From positions 1,162,234 to 1,226,233 of the forward strand of contig MU058669.1 of the NCBI GenBank assembly GCA_013265495.1: a stretch of DNA of 64,000 bases, given 5' to 3'. Shown one piece after another: positions 51,174 through 64,000 of this stretch. The notes beneath the pieces are model-generated. The model did not search any database. It saw only the letters and a program-made list of their open reading frames with translations, and was not told the DNA's origin. The DNA comes from Vicugna vicugna (Eukaryota). The position numbers and the translations under genes are program-made. Position 1 is the stretch's first letter; each line of letters starts with the position of its first letter.

Positions 51174-51459
51174 TTTTCTTCCTTCTGCTGATGGTAAAGG
51201 CATGCATATATATTTCTTTAAGGAATATGCCAAGACCTGGTAAGACATGGGATTGCATGGTTTTTCGTTAGACAACATAGAGTTTAAACATTTTGATTTA
51301 ATTGTCAGTCATCTAAAATCTGAGGAGTTAATAATCAAACCTGATTTCTTATTTCTGATGAAGAAATTTTGAGATTTGACAAGACTGAGGCTCATATACA
51401 AGTTCCACGTAAATATGTTCAAAGTTTAAAGATCCACTTTGCAAAAATAGGCTAGAGCC

Positions 51460-51870
51460 TGTTGACTGAAAAAAAAAAAAAAAAAGCACAACCTAAAAGT
51501 TGAGAGTTATGTTTTACTTGGTAGACTTGCTGAGGACTTAAGCCCGGGAGACAGCCTCTCAGATAGCTCTGAGGGACTGCTCCAAAGATTTAAGGGAGGA
51601 ACCAGGATATATAGGAGTTTTGCAACAAAAACCAGGTAGTTGAAACACCAAAAGATTACTGTTAATTAAAGAAAACCAGACATCTCAAATTAATGAATTT
51701 AGTGCTTGTCTATATATGGGAAGATGCAATGTTCTGGTCTCATGGAAATCATTCCTTTGGTGTGCACCTTAATTGTCTAGGGCCAGTATCTTGTTTTTCT
51801 CCATCCTCAGGCTGCTGTGGTTAATATCTTGATGGCCCAACAATATGGCAGATGACATTCTTCATCCCCA
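51460..51870 (-). mobile_element. MER41-like (cetartiodactyl) ERV1 solo LTR
   Basis: TG...CA termini, near-TSD agcc/ggcc; acaacctaaaagttgagagttatgtttt...agcccgggagacagc...ggatatataggagttttgcaac...tatgggaagatgcaa. Confidence 0.7.
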
Positions 51871-52094
51871 GGCCTAATAGGAGCTGCCCTTTTTTGGATG
51901 GTTTGATGTGGTCTTCACACTGCCTATTTCATTCATTCCTTCTAATGCCAAAGCCTTTGACTTTGAAACCTCCTGTTTTAAAGACTCTGCCCATTAACTA
52001 GGATGAATGAACAAACTGACATTGGATATGAGGGGAAGGGAGTAAAAATTTGATAAAATTAACGCTCATGATCTAGAAGGGGCTATTTTGCCTT

Positions 52095-52782
52095 ATTTTT
52101 TGTTGAAATATAGTTGGCATATAACATTGTGTAAATTTAAGGTATGCATGTTAATTTGATACACTTATGTATTATATTAGCCATTGTAGTGATAATTAGC
52201 ACCTCTATGATACTACGTAAGTATCCTTTCTTTTTAGTGGTTGAAGTCATTAATTTCTAGTCCCTTAGCAAGTTTGATGATTGTAATACAGTACTGTTGT
52301 CTGTATTCACTGTACTGTGCATTAGATCGTAGGGCTTATTTACTACTCACTGTAAGTTTGTACCCTTAAACCATATCTGTCATATCCCCCTCATTATGCA
52401 GCCCCTGGTAACCACCATTTTACTCTGTTTTTACAAGTTTGGCTTTTTTTTAGATTCCACATACAAGTGATACCATACCCTACTTGTTTTTCTCTGACTT
52501 ATCTCACTGAACATAGTGTGCTCCAGGCCTAACCCGTGTTGTTGTAATGGCAGGGTGCTCTTATTTCTCATGGCTCAGTAATGGTTCATTGTATACATGT
52601 GCTCATTGTATACATATATATGAGTGTGTGTGTTATACATGCATGTTTTATATATGTGTCTATATGTATAAAATACCTTCATTCATTCATCTTTTGATGG
52701 GCTCTTCAGTTATTTCCATATGTTGTCTATTGTGAATAATGTTACAATAAATATGAGTGTACATCTCTCTTTGCTATCCTAT
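52095..52782 (-). mobile_element. L1 3' end (L1MA9-like)
   Basis: ttgaaatatagttggcatataacattgtgtaaatttaaggt...tagattccacatacaagtga...tattgtgaataatgttacaataaa. Confidence 0.85.
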
Positions 52783-53039
52783 TTGGAGGGTATTTTTTCT
52801 TAACCTAAAAAAAAAGCCTTTTTATGTTCTTTAAGTGAATATTTATTGAGCTGCTGTAGTCTATGGCAGACAAAGTTATAGCTAGCCTCTATAAACCAGA
52901 ATGCATCTACTTCCTCTGGTAATACTCTGTGAGTTTGGGTGAATGGCATCAATTGTATGGGAGTATTTTCATCTGAAAATATGGCTAATACTGTCCACCG
53001 TGAACACACCACCACCACTTAGTACAACACAGATCAATT

Positions 53040-53255
53040 TAGTGTGAGCACTGAGAGATATGATCTGGAACCTGGCAGACTTAGGTTCAAACTACTTACT
53101 AGGAGAATGATCTGGGGCAATTTAAAAAATATCTGTGAATTCAATTTCCTCTTTGTAAAATTGGGATACTAATATTACCTGCCTCCATGTGTTATTACAA
53201 AGATTAAATGGGATAATTCATTTGAAGAACTTAGGTGCTCATAAATATAGTAAAC
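53040..53255 (+). mobile_element. MIR SINE
   Basis: tcaatttcctctttgtaaaattgggatactaatattacctgcctc...gattaaatgggataat. Confidence 0.75.
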
Positions 53256-53624
53256 TTTCAAATGATAGTTTGTCACAGTTGAAGCAGTGTAAAGGGATTA
53301 GTTGCTGAAGAGCTTATAGAATAATGAACAAAAACTTCTAAAGGATAAGAAGCCTCTGGAAGGCATCCACTTTGTAGAAGCGATATTTTTGAAGTAACTA
53401 CGATGACCATTAACCGACAATAGTACTCTACACACATAAAACATTCCCTCTGATCCCTGGCTTATGGGAACTGGTAGATTGGTATTTATATTATAATCAA
53501 AGAATAGAAGCCTGGGAAGAATGATGATTTTAATGGTTTGCTTAGAACTAACTTGTGGGGAGAAGCAGAAGACACTGCCTGCCTTTAAAAAGATATCATC
53601 CCAGTAAAAATATTTACATAATTG

Positions 53625-53875
53625 TTAAGATAATGAATTTGAGGGTAAGATTACTTGCATATGAATTCTGGCTTTACTGCTTACCAGCTGTATGATCTTG
53701 GGCAAGTTTTTAAAGTTACCTATACCTCAGTTTCCACGTAGGTAAAATAATAAACAATGGAATGTCTCAAAGAGTATTGTGAGAAATAAATAAGTTTAAA
53801 TATGTAAAACATGTAAGATAGTGCATAGCATGTTATAAAATCTCAGTAATTTTTTTCATATAATTGTTATTATTT
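53625..53875 (+). mobile_element. MIR SINE
   Basis: gaattctggctttactgcttaccagctgtatgatcttgggcaagtt...cctcagtttcc. Confidence 0.8.
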
Positions 53876-53907
53876 TCTTGTTTCTGAACACCAGTTGTTT
53901 TAATTCT

Positions 53908-54143
53908 AATTTTTAATTGAAGTGTAGTCGACTTACAATGTTAATTTCAGGTGTACAGCAAAGCAATTCAGTTACACATATACATACATATATGTTTTTT
54001 TTCAGATTCTTTTCCATTACAGCTCATTACAAGAAATTGAATATAGTTCCCTGTGCTATACAGTAGGTCCTTGTTGTTTATCTATTTTATATGTAATAAT
54101 GTGTATCTGTTAATTCCAAACTCCTAATCTGTCCCTCCCCCCT
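53908..54143 (-). mobile_element. Short 5'-truncated L1 3' end (cetartiodactyl-type)
   Basis: tttttaattgaagtgtagtcgacttacaatg...gaatatagttccctgtgctatacagtaggtccttgttg. Confidence 0.9.
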
Positions 54144-54634
54144 TATTATTCTATATGTAAGATGAATCTAACCAGAGTTAGCATACAGATATTACCATAA
54201 AATTTTAATGCTAATTAATACACATGAGAATTGAATTCCTTCATTTGTTTTGTACTCTTAATTATTCTTTTCTTATTCTAATGTGCTTTGCTCAAGTGAA
54301 CCAACCAGGAAAGTATTCCTGGGGTTATCCAAGAATGTGGAATAAGAACCTAAATTTAATTACAACCTAAAAGGTGTCTTTTAATCAATCCAGACCACTG
54401 CCAATTGAATGAGTTTCCCAGAAGGCTGGCAAATCATTAGGTTTAAAAAAGCATTTGTGGGAATATAAAATATGGAGGGATAACATTATTCTTAAGACTC
54501 TTACAGCCCTAAGATTCCGTATCAGAATCTATTGCCAACATGGGAAAAAATGATCAGGCATTGCATTGCTATATAATTTAAAATTTTACTGAAGAAAATT
54601 ATAATGACAGTGCACTTTTAAGAATTTCTTAAGG

Positions 54635-56850
54635 GTGCTCACAATGATGCGCGCTATTGCCACTTTTATTCAACATAGTTTAGGAAGTTCTACCACAGCA
54701 ATCAGAGAAGAAAAAGATATAAAAGGAATCCAGATTGGAAAAAAGAAGTAAAACTGTCACTGTTTGCAGATGACATGATACTATACATAGTAAATCCTAA
54801 AGATGCTATCAGAAAACTACTAGGGCTCATCAAGGAATTTGGTAAAATTGCAGAATACAAAATTAATACACAGAAATCTGTTGCATTTCCATACACTAAC
54901 AATAAAATATCAGAAAAAGAAATTAAGGAAACAACCCCATTTACCATCACATCAAAAAAGAATAAAACACCTAAAAATAAACTTACCTAAGGAGGCAAAA
55001 GATCTGTACTCCAAAAACTTCCGGATACTGCTGAAAGAAATTGAAGATGACACAAAAAGATGGAAAGGTCTGTCATGTTCTGTGATTGGGAGAATCAGTA
55101 CTGTTAAATTGACCACACTACCCAAGGCAATATACAGATTCAGTGCAATCCCTGTCAAGATACCAATGGCATTTTTCACAGAACCAAAATCAAAAAATTT
55201 TAAATGTGTCTAGAAACACAACAGACCCTGAATAGCCAAAACAATCTTGAGAAAGAAGAATGGAGCTGGAAGAATCATGCTCCTTGACTTCAGACCATAC
55301 TACAAAGTTACCGTAATCAAAACAGTATGGTATTGGCACAAAAATGGACACATGGATCAATAGAACAGGATTGAAATCCCAGGAATAAACCCACACACTT
55401 ACGATCAGTTACTGTTCGACAAACGAGGCAAGAATATACAATGGGTTTTTAATAATGTGTGAAGATAGTGAATCACTATGTTGTACATCTAAAACCAATA
55501 TAAGATTGTAAATATACTTTACATATTTTTTTAAAAAGGATATGCAATGGAGAAAAGACAGTCTCTTGAACAAATGGTGCTGGAAAAACTGGACAGCTAC
55601 ATGTGAAAAAATGAAATTAGAACATTTTTTAACACCATACACAATAATAAACTCAAAATGGATTAAAGACCTAAATGTAAGACTAGATACTTAAAAACTC
55701 CTCCAGGGAAACATAGACAGAAACACTCTTTGACATAAATTGCAGCAACATTTTTTCCATCCATCCCCTATAGGAGTGAAAATAAAAGCAAAAATAAACA
55801 AATGGGACCTAATTAAACTTAAAAGCTGTTTCACAGCAAAGGAAACCATAAATAAAATGAAAAGACAACCTACAGAATGGGAAAAAATATTTGCAAATGA
55901 TGAGACTGACAAAGTATTAATTTCCAAAATATACAAACAGCTCATATAGCTTAATATCAAATAAACAATCCAATAAAAAGTGGGCAGAAGACCTGGACAT
56001 TTCTCCAAAGAAGACATACAGATGGCCAACAGGCATCTATATCAACAGGCTCAACATCACTAATTATTAGAGAAATGCAAATCAAAACCACAATGAAGTA
56101 TCACTTCACACCCATCATCAAAAAAATCTACAGATAATAACTGCTAGAGAGGATGTGGAGAAAAGGGAACCTTCCTACACTGTTGGTGGGAATGTCAATT
56201 TGTGTAGCCACTATGGAGAACAGTATGGATATTCCTTAAAAAGCTAAAAATAGACTTAACAACAGTCCCATTCCTGGGCATATATCCAGAGGAAACTTTA
56301 ATTCAAAAGGATACATGCACCCCAGTGTTCATAGCAGTACAATTTACAATAGCCAAGATATGGAAGCAACCTAAATGTCCATCAACAGATGACTGGATAA
56401 AGTAGTTACAGTATATAGATACATTGGACTACTACTCAACCATAAAAAATAAAGAAATAATGTCATTTGAATCAACATGGATGGACCTAGGGATTATCAT
56501 ATCAAGTGAAGTAAGACAGAGAAAGACAAATATCCTATAATATCACTTATATGTGGAATCTAAAAAAAAAAGATACAATTGAACTTATTTACAAACAAGA
56601 AATACACTCACAAACATAGAAAACAATGGTTAACAAAGTGAAAAGGATGAGGAGGGATAAGTTAGGAGTTTGGGATTAACATATACACGCTACTGTATAT
56701 AAAATAAACAACAAGGAACTATGTTCAATATCTTGTAATAACCTATAATCAAAAATACTCTGAAAAATGTGTGTATATGTATAACTGAATCACTTTGCTT
56801 TACACCTGAAACTAACACAGCATTGTAAACCAACTATACATCAATAAAGA
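54635..56850 (+). mobile_element. About 2.2-kb 5'-truncated L1: RT domain to 3' UTR, ORF2 frameshifted
   Basis: ctgtttgcagatgacatgata encodes the RT motif LFADDMI; ORFs [43 protein letters not shown]; 3' end tgtaaaccaactatacatcaataaa. Confidence 0.95.
55445..55535 (+). mobile_element. 91-nt L1 3'-tip insertion nested in L1 ORF2
   Basis: gtgaatcactatgttgtacatctaaaaccaatataagattgta flanked by TSD aagaatatacaatgg/aaggatatgcaatgg. Confidence 0.8.
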
Positions 56851-57479
56851 TACATATTTAAGATAATAATTTATTCAAACTTTTCTATATAAACAGAGAA
56901 CTAGGGTAGCAAAATAACATTCATCCATTGTATCTATAATAAAGACAAAATATGGAAGGTTGGAGGCAAACCGCCACCTGTATGTGCTGTATTGGGAATC
57001 TGTGTGGAAGAAAGCAGAGGGAAGTAATGGGATATTGGATAAAACTGAGAAGAGGAGAATTCTAAAATCACAGGTAGGAAATCTGGTAACCATGGTGGAT
57101 TAAAATAAGAAGAATAGCAGACATCAAAGGATTCTTAGCATACCCCAACTCAGGAGTGAGCAGAAGGCATTGATGGTAAGGTAGAAGGTGACCAAAACAT
57201 GATGAGCCCAAAGAATTCTCCAGACTGGGTAACTGATGCTCCTTTCTCAGACCGAGAAAAATTACTGAGAGTAGGATCTAAATTGGGTAGAACAAGTATG
57301 AGAGGGTAAAAGGAAAAGAAAGGTTCAGATGAAACTGATGAAGGAGAACAGAGGAAGGTCGTAGAAAATCCAAGATTATACTGGAGAGGAAGAGAGGGAG
57401 TGTGTATGTGGGTGTGTATGTCCTGCAAAATCAGCAGAAGGAAGAGCTCTAGGTCAATAAGCTAGAAGAGGAATTCTGG

Positions 57480-60125
57480 CCCACTCTTCCTTCATACAAG
57501 CTTAGGGAAACTAATCTTATGTAGAAGTGAGCAACAGTGAAGAATGGCATTCAAATTCCATACAAAGTTATTACAAGAACAAAGGCTAAGAAGGAGCAGA
57601 AGAACATCCCTATACACAATTAGCTAAAAGAAATAAAATGACACAATACATATATGAACCACATAAATCAGAATGAAAATTTAAAAAAATCAGAAATGAG
57701 GTGACAACATACAGGGTGGAATTATGAATAAAAGGAAATTCATTTCAGAAATGAAGACTAAGCTAGACGGCACATGGGGTCAAATAAACAGCACAGACAG
57801 CTTATTGGAAATTGAAAGTTGAAAGAAAGAAAATTCTGAAAATTTTACAAAGGAGTAAAGAGATAAAAGAATTCGAGAGAAAATGGGAGCTATAGGAGAC
57901 AGGCACACAGTATCTAACATGGATAAAACATAAGATCTCTGAAGCAATGAAACAAAACAAAAACTAAAAAAAAAAAAGCTGTATTTTGAGAAAATGTTCT
58001 TGAAATAAAAGCAAAACATCAGACTACAGATTGAAAAGAAATACTATGTACCTGTAAAAATCCACACAAAGTGACCAACAAGAACAAGAAGATATATCCT
58101 CGTGGGGCCACTAAACTTTAAAGAAAAAATGGAAAGAAAATCCTTTGCGTGCTTGGGCACTCATGAAGGAAAGAAAGTCAAACTTGTGTTAGATTTTTCC
58201 AAAAGTTAAAACTTTGTTAGAAGACCACAGAGGATCATTTTAAGATTCTCTAAGACAGGATATTTAAGTCAGATTTTTTTGATCTATCCAAACTGACTTT
58301 CAAGTATAAAGGCCATGAAGATTCTGTTATGAGCATGCAAAATTCCAGAAATACTGTTTCCGTGTAACTTTACTGAGGAATGTACTAGAAAATACATTTT
58401 ATGTAACCAAAATGCCTGTAATCACGTTGATGTAAGGACTAGTGGTGAGCATTTAATAATGGATTTTTATAGAACTAATAATAAGTAATAGTTATAAAGG
58501 AGAGACTGTTATGAAACAACATATTGATATTTTGATATTATAAATACATTATAACTAAAAAAATAGGGTGAGAATGTGGAAAGTATGTGAAAAGTATGCT
58601 TGCTCATTACTTTCTTGTTATTAATTAGAATAAAGTACTACGTGTTAGATGTTACACAAGTTAGAGGAGAGGGAAGAAGTTAGTAGCTAATTCAGTATTT
58701 CTCACTGTTGAGAACCAATAGAACACAACTAATAAGAATAAATAAAATACAGAGACAGAAAAATTAATAGATCAGATTTTTAAAATCTATGCATATAAAA
58801 TACTTGTGTTATAAGCAGTGTAACAGAAAAGAAGCCAAACATCAATCAGGCCAATAAATTTAATTGGACTTACCAAACTATTGAAAAAAACCCCACAATT
58901 TTCTGACTGGTTAGCAATGTAATGTGTTGCTGTATACAATATAAGTGCCTAAAATAATGAGATTTGGGAGGGAGGGAAATTTTGACCAGAGAAATGCAAA
59001 TAAAAAGAAAGAGGAAGTCATGATATTGTTATCATAACAAGGCAAAATATAAAGAGAAGACATTATAGGGAAAGGAGGAAAACTTACCATGCTAGAGGCT
59101 GCAATTCCCAGTGAAGCTGTGTCAGCTATTAATATGTATACACTAGGTAACACAATATTTTCATAAAGCAGAAGCAAAAAAAGGTAAAGAGAAATTGACA
59201 GACACCAATTATAAGAAATTTTTCATACATTTTCTCAATCTAAGACAAATCACATGAACTAAAAAGTGAGCAGGAATTTAGAAGACTTAAATAACATAAT
59301 CAATAAAGTAGATCTTACAGATACCAAACTATGAGCCCAGATAATAGAGGATATCCTTTTTTTCCAAGGACGCATGCAGTGTCCACAAAAATTGATCCTA
59401 TCATAGACCAAAAAAAGAAAAAAGCTTAATAATTTCCAAATAATAGAAATAGTACAAAGAGCATTCTCTGGTGGCTGTGCACGAAAACAAGCTACAACAA
59501 AATCAAACCCATAAAGGCCCTTTGCCTGGAAATTAAAAAGAAAAAAATCCTGCTACTGAACAACTCTTGGGCCACAGAATTTCTTGAAAATTAATGGGAA
59601 TGACAATATACACACTCAAATCAGAATCTATGCCGTATAAAGTAGTTACCAGAGAAAACGTTAAATACCTCTAATAATAAAAATCAAACTCTGAATTTAA
59701 ACTCATTAAAAACTTAATTCACAAGCTACAAAAGAAAACCATACTAAAGCAAAAGAAACCAGAAGAAATTCATAAAAGCAGAATTCAGTTAGAAAACAGA
59801 GAATGAGTAGAATTAATAGTAAGTCCAAAAGATGATTCTTTGAAAGCCAAAAATAAGACAAGGTCCTAGCTAATATAAATAGGAAGAAGAACTCACATGT
59901 ATATAAAATCAGAAATGACAAGCAGGAAATAATCTTGAAAACAGAATATTTAAAGTCATCAGAGAATTTTTCACAATTCTGTGCATTTAAATTTGAAAAC
60001 CGAAATGGGTAATTTTAAAGAAGAACATAACTTATCAAAATTAACCTCATTAAAGACAGAAAGTCCAAAAGATCAGACATGCATAGAAGGAATAGATAAA
60101 ATTGTTTAAACTTAACCAAAAAAGC
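57480..60125 (+). mobile_element. Old L1M, ORF1 through ORF2 N-terminal region (degenerate)
   Basis: A-rich; ORF1-like agactacagattgaaaaga, aaactgactttcaagtataaagg; ORF2-like ttagaagacttaaataacataatcaataaagtagatct, gattctttgaaa. Confidence 0.75.
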
Positions 60126-60189
60126 ATCAAGCCCTGTTTTCCCCTTCTGCTGCTCCACCTCCCCCCTTCCCCGCACCCCCAGGGTAACA

Positions 60190-61235
60190 CTAGAAAAAAC
60201 AAACGAATTCAGGCCAACTTGAGGAGGCTCTCACTGGCCATTTGAACATCAACAAAGATAATAATTGCAAAGGGCTGAAACATTAAAAAGGTCTCACCTA
60301 TGATGACACCGAAACAAACAAATCCTAACTGGTCATCTTTGGAGGGTACTAGCAAACCAAGCCACTATTTTGAAGACTGGTAAACAACAGGAAAGAATCC
60401 AGCATTTATCCTGTTTTCCCATGTGGACTATGTTGCTTGGTACACAAATAGATGGTGAAGGTGAACTTATCTTTGTAGAAGTATTACAGCTAATAAATGA
60501 ATATCATCGTTTGGCATTTTGTAATCAATTTATGGATCATTGTATGTATCTTAAAGGTCTGCTAACATCACAAAAGAGAGACAACCAGAGCTCGTATACC
60601 TCCTGATAATGCAGTATAATGTCACTTGTGAATTAGTCTTGCCAAAAAAAACAGGGGGGGAAAAAAAAAAATGAATCCTTAATCTAATCAAGACTTTAGA
60701 TCCAAACAATTTGAAAGAAACCCAGGGATATAAGTGCAAAATCCAGATTTTAGGAGCCTCTCCAAGACAACTAATCTGGTTTGCTTATTAAATAAATTGG
60801 AAGAAAAAAAGAAATGGAGAGGAACTTACAGATTACAACAAATTGAAGGCACACATCAATTAATCAGTATACAGATCTTATTTGGATCCTCATTGAACTA
60901 GTACAAAAAGAAAACATGAAATAATGGGAAATTGTTCACATTAAAGAATGATGATTATTAATGTTTGACTGGGAGTGGTAATGAAATTGCACTGTTGTTT
61001 AAAAAAAAAAGCCTTTGCCTTTCCAAGATAAATATGGCAATATTTACAGATGAAATGATACGATGTCTGGCGTTTGCTTCAAATAAGGAGGAAGTAGAAA
61101 CAGAGGCAGATAAAACAAGATTGGCCATTAGTTGAAAATTATTCAAGCTGGTTGATGGATATATGGGAGTTCATTATGCTTTTCTATTTATTTTTGTGTA
61201 TGTTTGAAATTTTTCATAATGTAGAAATTAATAAA
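60190..61235 (+). mobile_element. L1MC4/5-like 3' UTR
   Basis: caacttgaggaggctctcactggcca...; end gatggatatatgggagttcattatgc...tgtatgtttgaaatttttcataat. Confidence 0.75.
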
Positions 61236-62007
61236 AATCCTATTACTAAAATTAGAGCATAACCCTCATGAATATCACATGGTTATTATTAACTAAACTG
61301 GGAGAAAGTGTTCCATTATCTCTGCTTTAACGTATTTCAGATACCTCCAACTGCAGTAACAAAGGAAGTATCAGGACACTGACAGGGGTAATAAATTCTC
61401 TGTCTTTGCTTCTCTGATTTCTTTCTTCGTTTCCAGACATTCATTCAGCCTGCTGTTATAGAGCTGCTGATATTGTAAAAATGTTGCTTAGCAACATGTT
61501 AATGGGGAAAAACGCTCCCTAAAACATTAGGATTTTTGTCTTTTGAAATGTACTAGTTCAGCATATGACACCTCCCACAGCTCAATTTAACAAGAGGAAA
61601 AATACCAACTTTCTGAATTTTTTTTTAATTTTCATAACTGGGTCTGAATTTGATAAGAATAGAAGAAGTGATGTGTGACAATGACTCGGACTTCATACAG
61701 TTCCGTTGGTCTCTTGGTGAGAGTGGTTTAGAGAGGACAGTCTAGCACTCTCCCCTTACCTAGTATCTGGGGTAGGGGTGGAGGTGGCAAGGCTGAAAGG
61801 GTATGCACAGAAAACGCCCAGTCTCCATCATCCACTTGGGATTATTGTCCAAAGGAAATGAATTAAATATTCAAGCATCTAGAAGGTGTGCCCAGTGAGT
61901 CACTCTTTAAGCCTTAGTTTCTTCGCCAGGAAATCAGGGTATTTGACCAAATGCTCTTGAAGAACATTTCTGTTCTGCTGTATTTCTCTGTGGAAGAGCC
62001 CCTAGGC

Positions 62008-62172
62008 CAGCACTTTTCAAACTTGAGTGTGTCAGCTGTGCCTTTCCTGGGCGTCTTATGAAAATGCAGATCCTGATTTAGTAGGCCTGGTGTGGGGCCT
62101 TGAGTTTGCATTTCTAACAAGTTCTCAGGAGATGCTCATTCTGCCAGTCAGGGAGAACCATGTTTCTATAGC
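62008..62172. mobile_element. MER5A hAT-Charlie MITE
   Basis: cagcacttttcaaacttgagtgtg...aaaatgcagatcctgatttagtaggcctggtgtggggccttgagtttgcatttctaacaagttctcagg. Confidence 0.85.
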
Positions 62173-63761
62173 AAGTCTCCCAGCCGCTCTAAATGGGCAG
62201 AGAGATTAGAAAACATGACTTCTCAGCCTGGACAGGGCGTATGGTTCAGAGGACAGCTCGAGCATCAAAGACAATGAGGGTCAAACCTTGGGTCTGTCTT
62301 TCGATGTGTTTACTGAGCCACAGTGATCTTCTGATCCTTCACATGCAAAATGGAAGCATGGGTATTTTTTGAGAGGGTTGAATGACATAATGGTATCACC
62401 TGTAACATTCTTAGCCAAGCACATAGTAAGTACTCTGTAAATTTAATTATTGTTGACATAAATGAAAGAGCACTGATGGAGGATCATCTTGCAGCATGAG
62501 TCTTTGCCTCCTTATTTATGAGACAGGCGGTATGAAGAACTGGAAAGGGCGCTGGGCTGGTTCAGAGTGCAGTTTCTCCTCACTGCTGCAGACGTGGCAG
62601 TCGTACGTTTTCCTGGGTCTCAGTTTACACATCTACCCAATGAAAAGGCTGAACCCATTCCTTCCTGGTCTGAACCTCCTAGAAATATATTTTAGCATCC
62701 CCCGAAAGACTTGGAGCCATGAGTGGCAGCAGGGAAGCTCCAAGGAGTCAGCCCCTCATTTAATAAACTGTGAGAGAAGAGAGTTAGGTGGCAAAATGCT
62801 TATGGATGAAAAGCACAGACCCATGAGAATCTGCCAAGCCAATCTATTTTAAAACCCAGTTCTTTTTAGCAACAGAGAGCCAGGGCAGTGACTTAATTAC
62901 CAGTGGGCTACATCAGAAGCAAAACTGGAGCCAGCATTCCTGAACTGGGGTGAAGAACAGATTGACCAGCTCTGGGGAGGTCAGGTCTTCTGAACCCCTC
63001 CACTACTTCCCTGTTCATACATCATTTAGGTCTCCGATGTGCCAAGCTTTAGAGTTTTAAACAAATGTCCTTGGGACTGTAGGACTTTGTCCATTTTCTA
63101 AAGGATTTTGTAAGCATCTGTCAGCGTCTGTGTGATTCATACACAAATGTGCATATGAATCACTTCCTTTCTATTCCACACCATGGTCCCCACCCCCACT
63201 CCCTCACAGACATCCTTCCCCGCCACAGCCTGCTCCCCACCATTTGAAGAGAATAAGTGAAGGAACTGATTTTGTGGTGATTAACATACCAACAGTGCTT
63301 CTTTTTTTGAAACCACCAGGGCTCAGAATCCCTTGGGGGGACCTTCTCATGAAGGTTTCTAGGGGACCGTTGAGTAGGAGCTGGCCCTGAGAGAGCCAGT
63401 TCAGTGTCAGCTCAGGGACTGACATGGCCACTCTGAACCAGAAAGGAACTTGAGGATGGTGTGAGCCTCAACATGGTGATTAAGAAAATCCTGGATTCTT
63501 AGAGAAGGAAGGCACCATAAACATCACTTAACGAAACCTCAGTAAGTTCGTAACACACAATAGGTTTTTGAGTGGCATAACTTTGGCCCAGATTCCTGCT
63601 TCATTATATGCCAGATTTTCTTAACTGAACAGGTGACCTTACATGAGTTACTTTACTTTTCTAATCTTTCTTTCCCTCTGATAGAAAAAGGGTAACTAAC
63701 TACATTTGTCTTAGGGGTCTTATAAGGTCAAATGAGATTTCATATTTAAAATGCTTGGGAT

Positions 63762-64000
63762 TGTTAGCAATTGCAAACTTGTACTGCTTGCCACACAACA
63801 GACCAATAAATCGAGAGACGAGTTGTTGGGGCAAGGGATAGCCACTTTGTTCAGAAGTCCAGCTCACTGAGAAGACGGTGGAATAGTGTACCAAAGAACC
63901 ATCTTTCCCAAGTCAGAATTCAAGTTCCTTTTATATTAAAAGGGAAAGAGTTGTGATTGGTTGTTGCAAACTTCTTGGTGTCACAATCCTTTGTTCTTGC
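63762..64000 (-). mobile_element. ERV1-class LTR related to 50653-51173 (runs off the window end)
   Basis: Colinear with 50653-50890; shared tgttggggcaagg, agaaccatc, agtcagaat, ttggttgttgcaaacttcttg, ctttgttcttgc. Confidence 0.85.

Noticed and set aside
54635..56850. Active L1 or domesticated reverse transcriptase
   Set aside because: 5'-truncated, with multiple frameshifts and stops, and interrupted by a nested insertion.
1..64000. The many 60-124 aa ORFs in the six-frame track as host genes
   Set aside because: The recognisable ones are L1 ORF2 fragments or their antisense frames. The rest are short, often low-complexity, overlap repeats and match no protein family I recognise.
50653..64000. 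The two related same-orientation LTRs (50653 and 63762) as the ends of one 13-kb provirus
   Set aside because: The first has its own TSD, the two are visibly diverged, and the interval holds ancient MIR/L1M/MER5 elements with no gag/pol/env.
1..64000. L1/LTR strand bias as evidence for host-gene direction
   Set aside because: L1s and LTRs occur in both orientations, and the numbers are too small to infer a bias.

Overview
Repeat-rich, CpG-poor mammalian DNA, most likely intronic or intergenic. I recognise no host protein-coding gene, rRNA, tRNA or CRISPR array. The recognisable ORFs are broken LINE-1 ORF2 fragments; the rest look like chance ORFs. A truncated tRNA-derived SINE resembling camelid Vic-1 (30738-30805) and cetartiodactyl-type L1 3' ends suggest a camelid (camel/alpaca/llama). 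The window layers ancient eutherian repeats (MIR, L2, L3/CR1, MER5, Tigger, MLT1, LTR16, MER21, MER34, L1M) with younger L1s and ERV1 solo LTRs. I found no convincing undescribed biological system. The best leads are: an L1 whose second target-site copy is micro-inverted (7185-8569), a twin-primed 5'-inverted L1, a nested 91-nt L1 with a TSD, several plus-strand exon-like segments (notably a 72-nt one at 31103-31174), homeodomain-motif-rich unique blocks that may be enhancers, and a CTCF core inside a MER21-like LTR. Repeat names come from recalled consensus sequences, and most boundaries are approximate.
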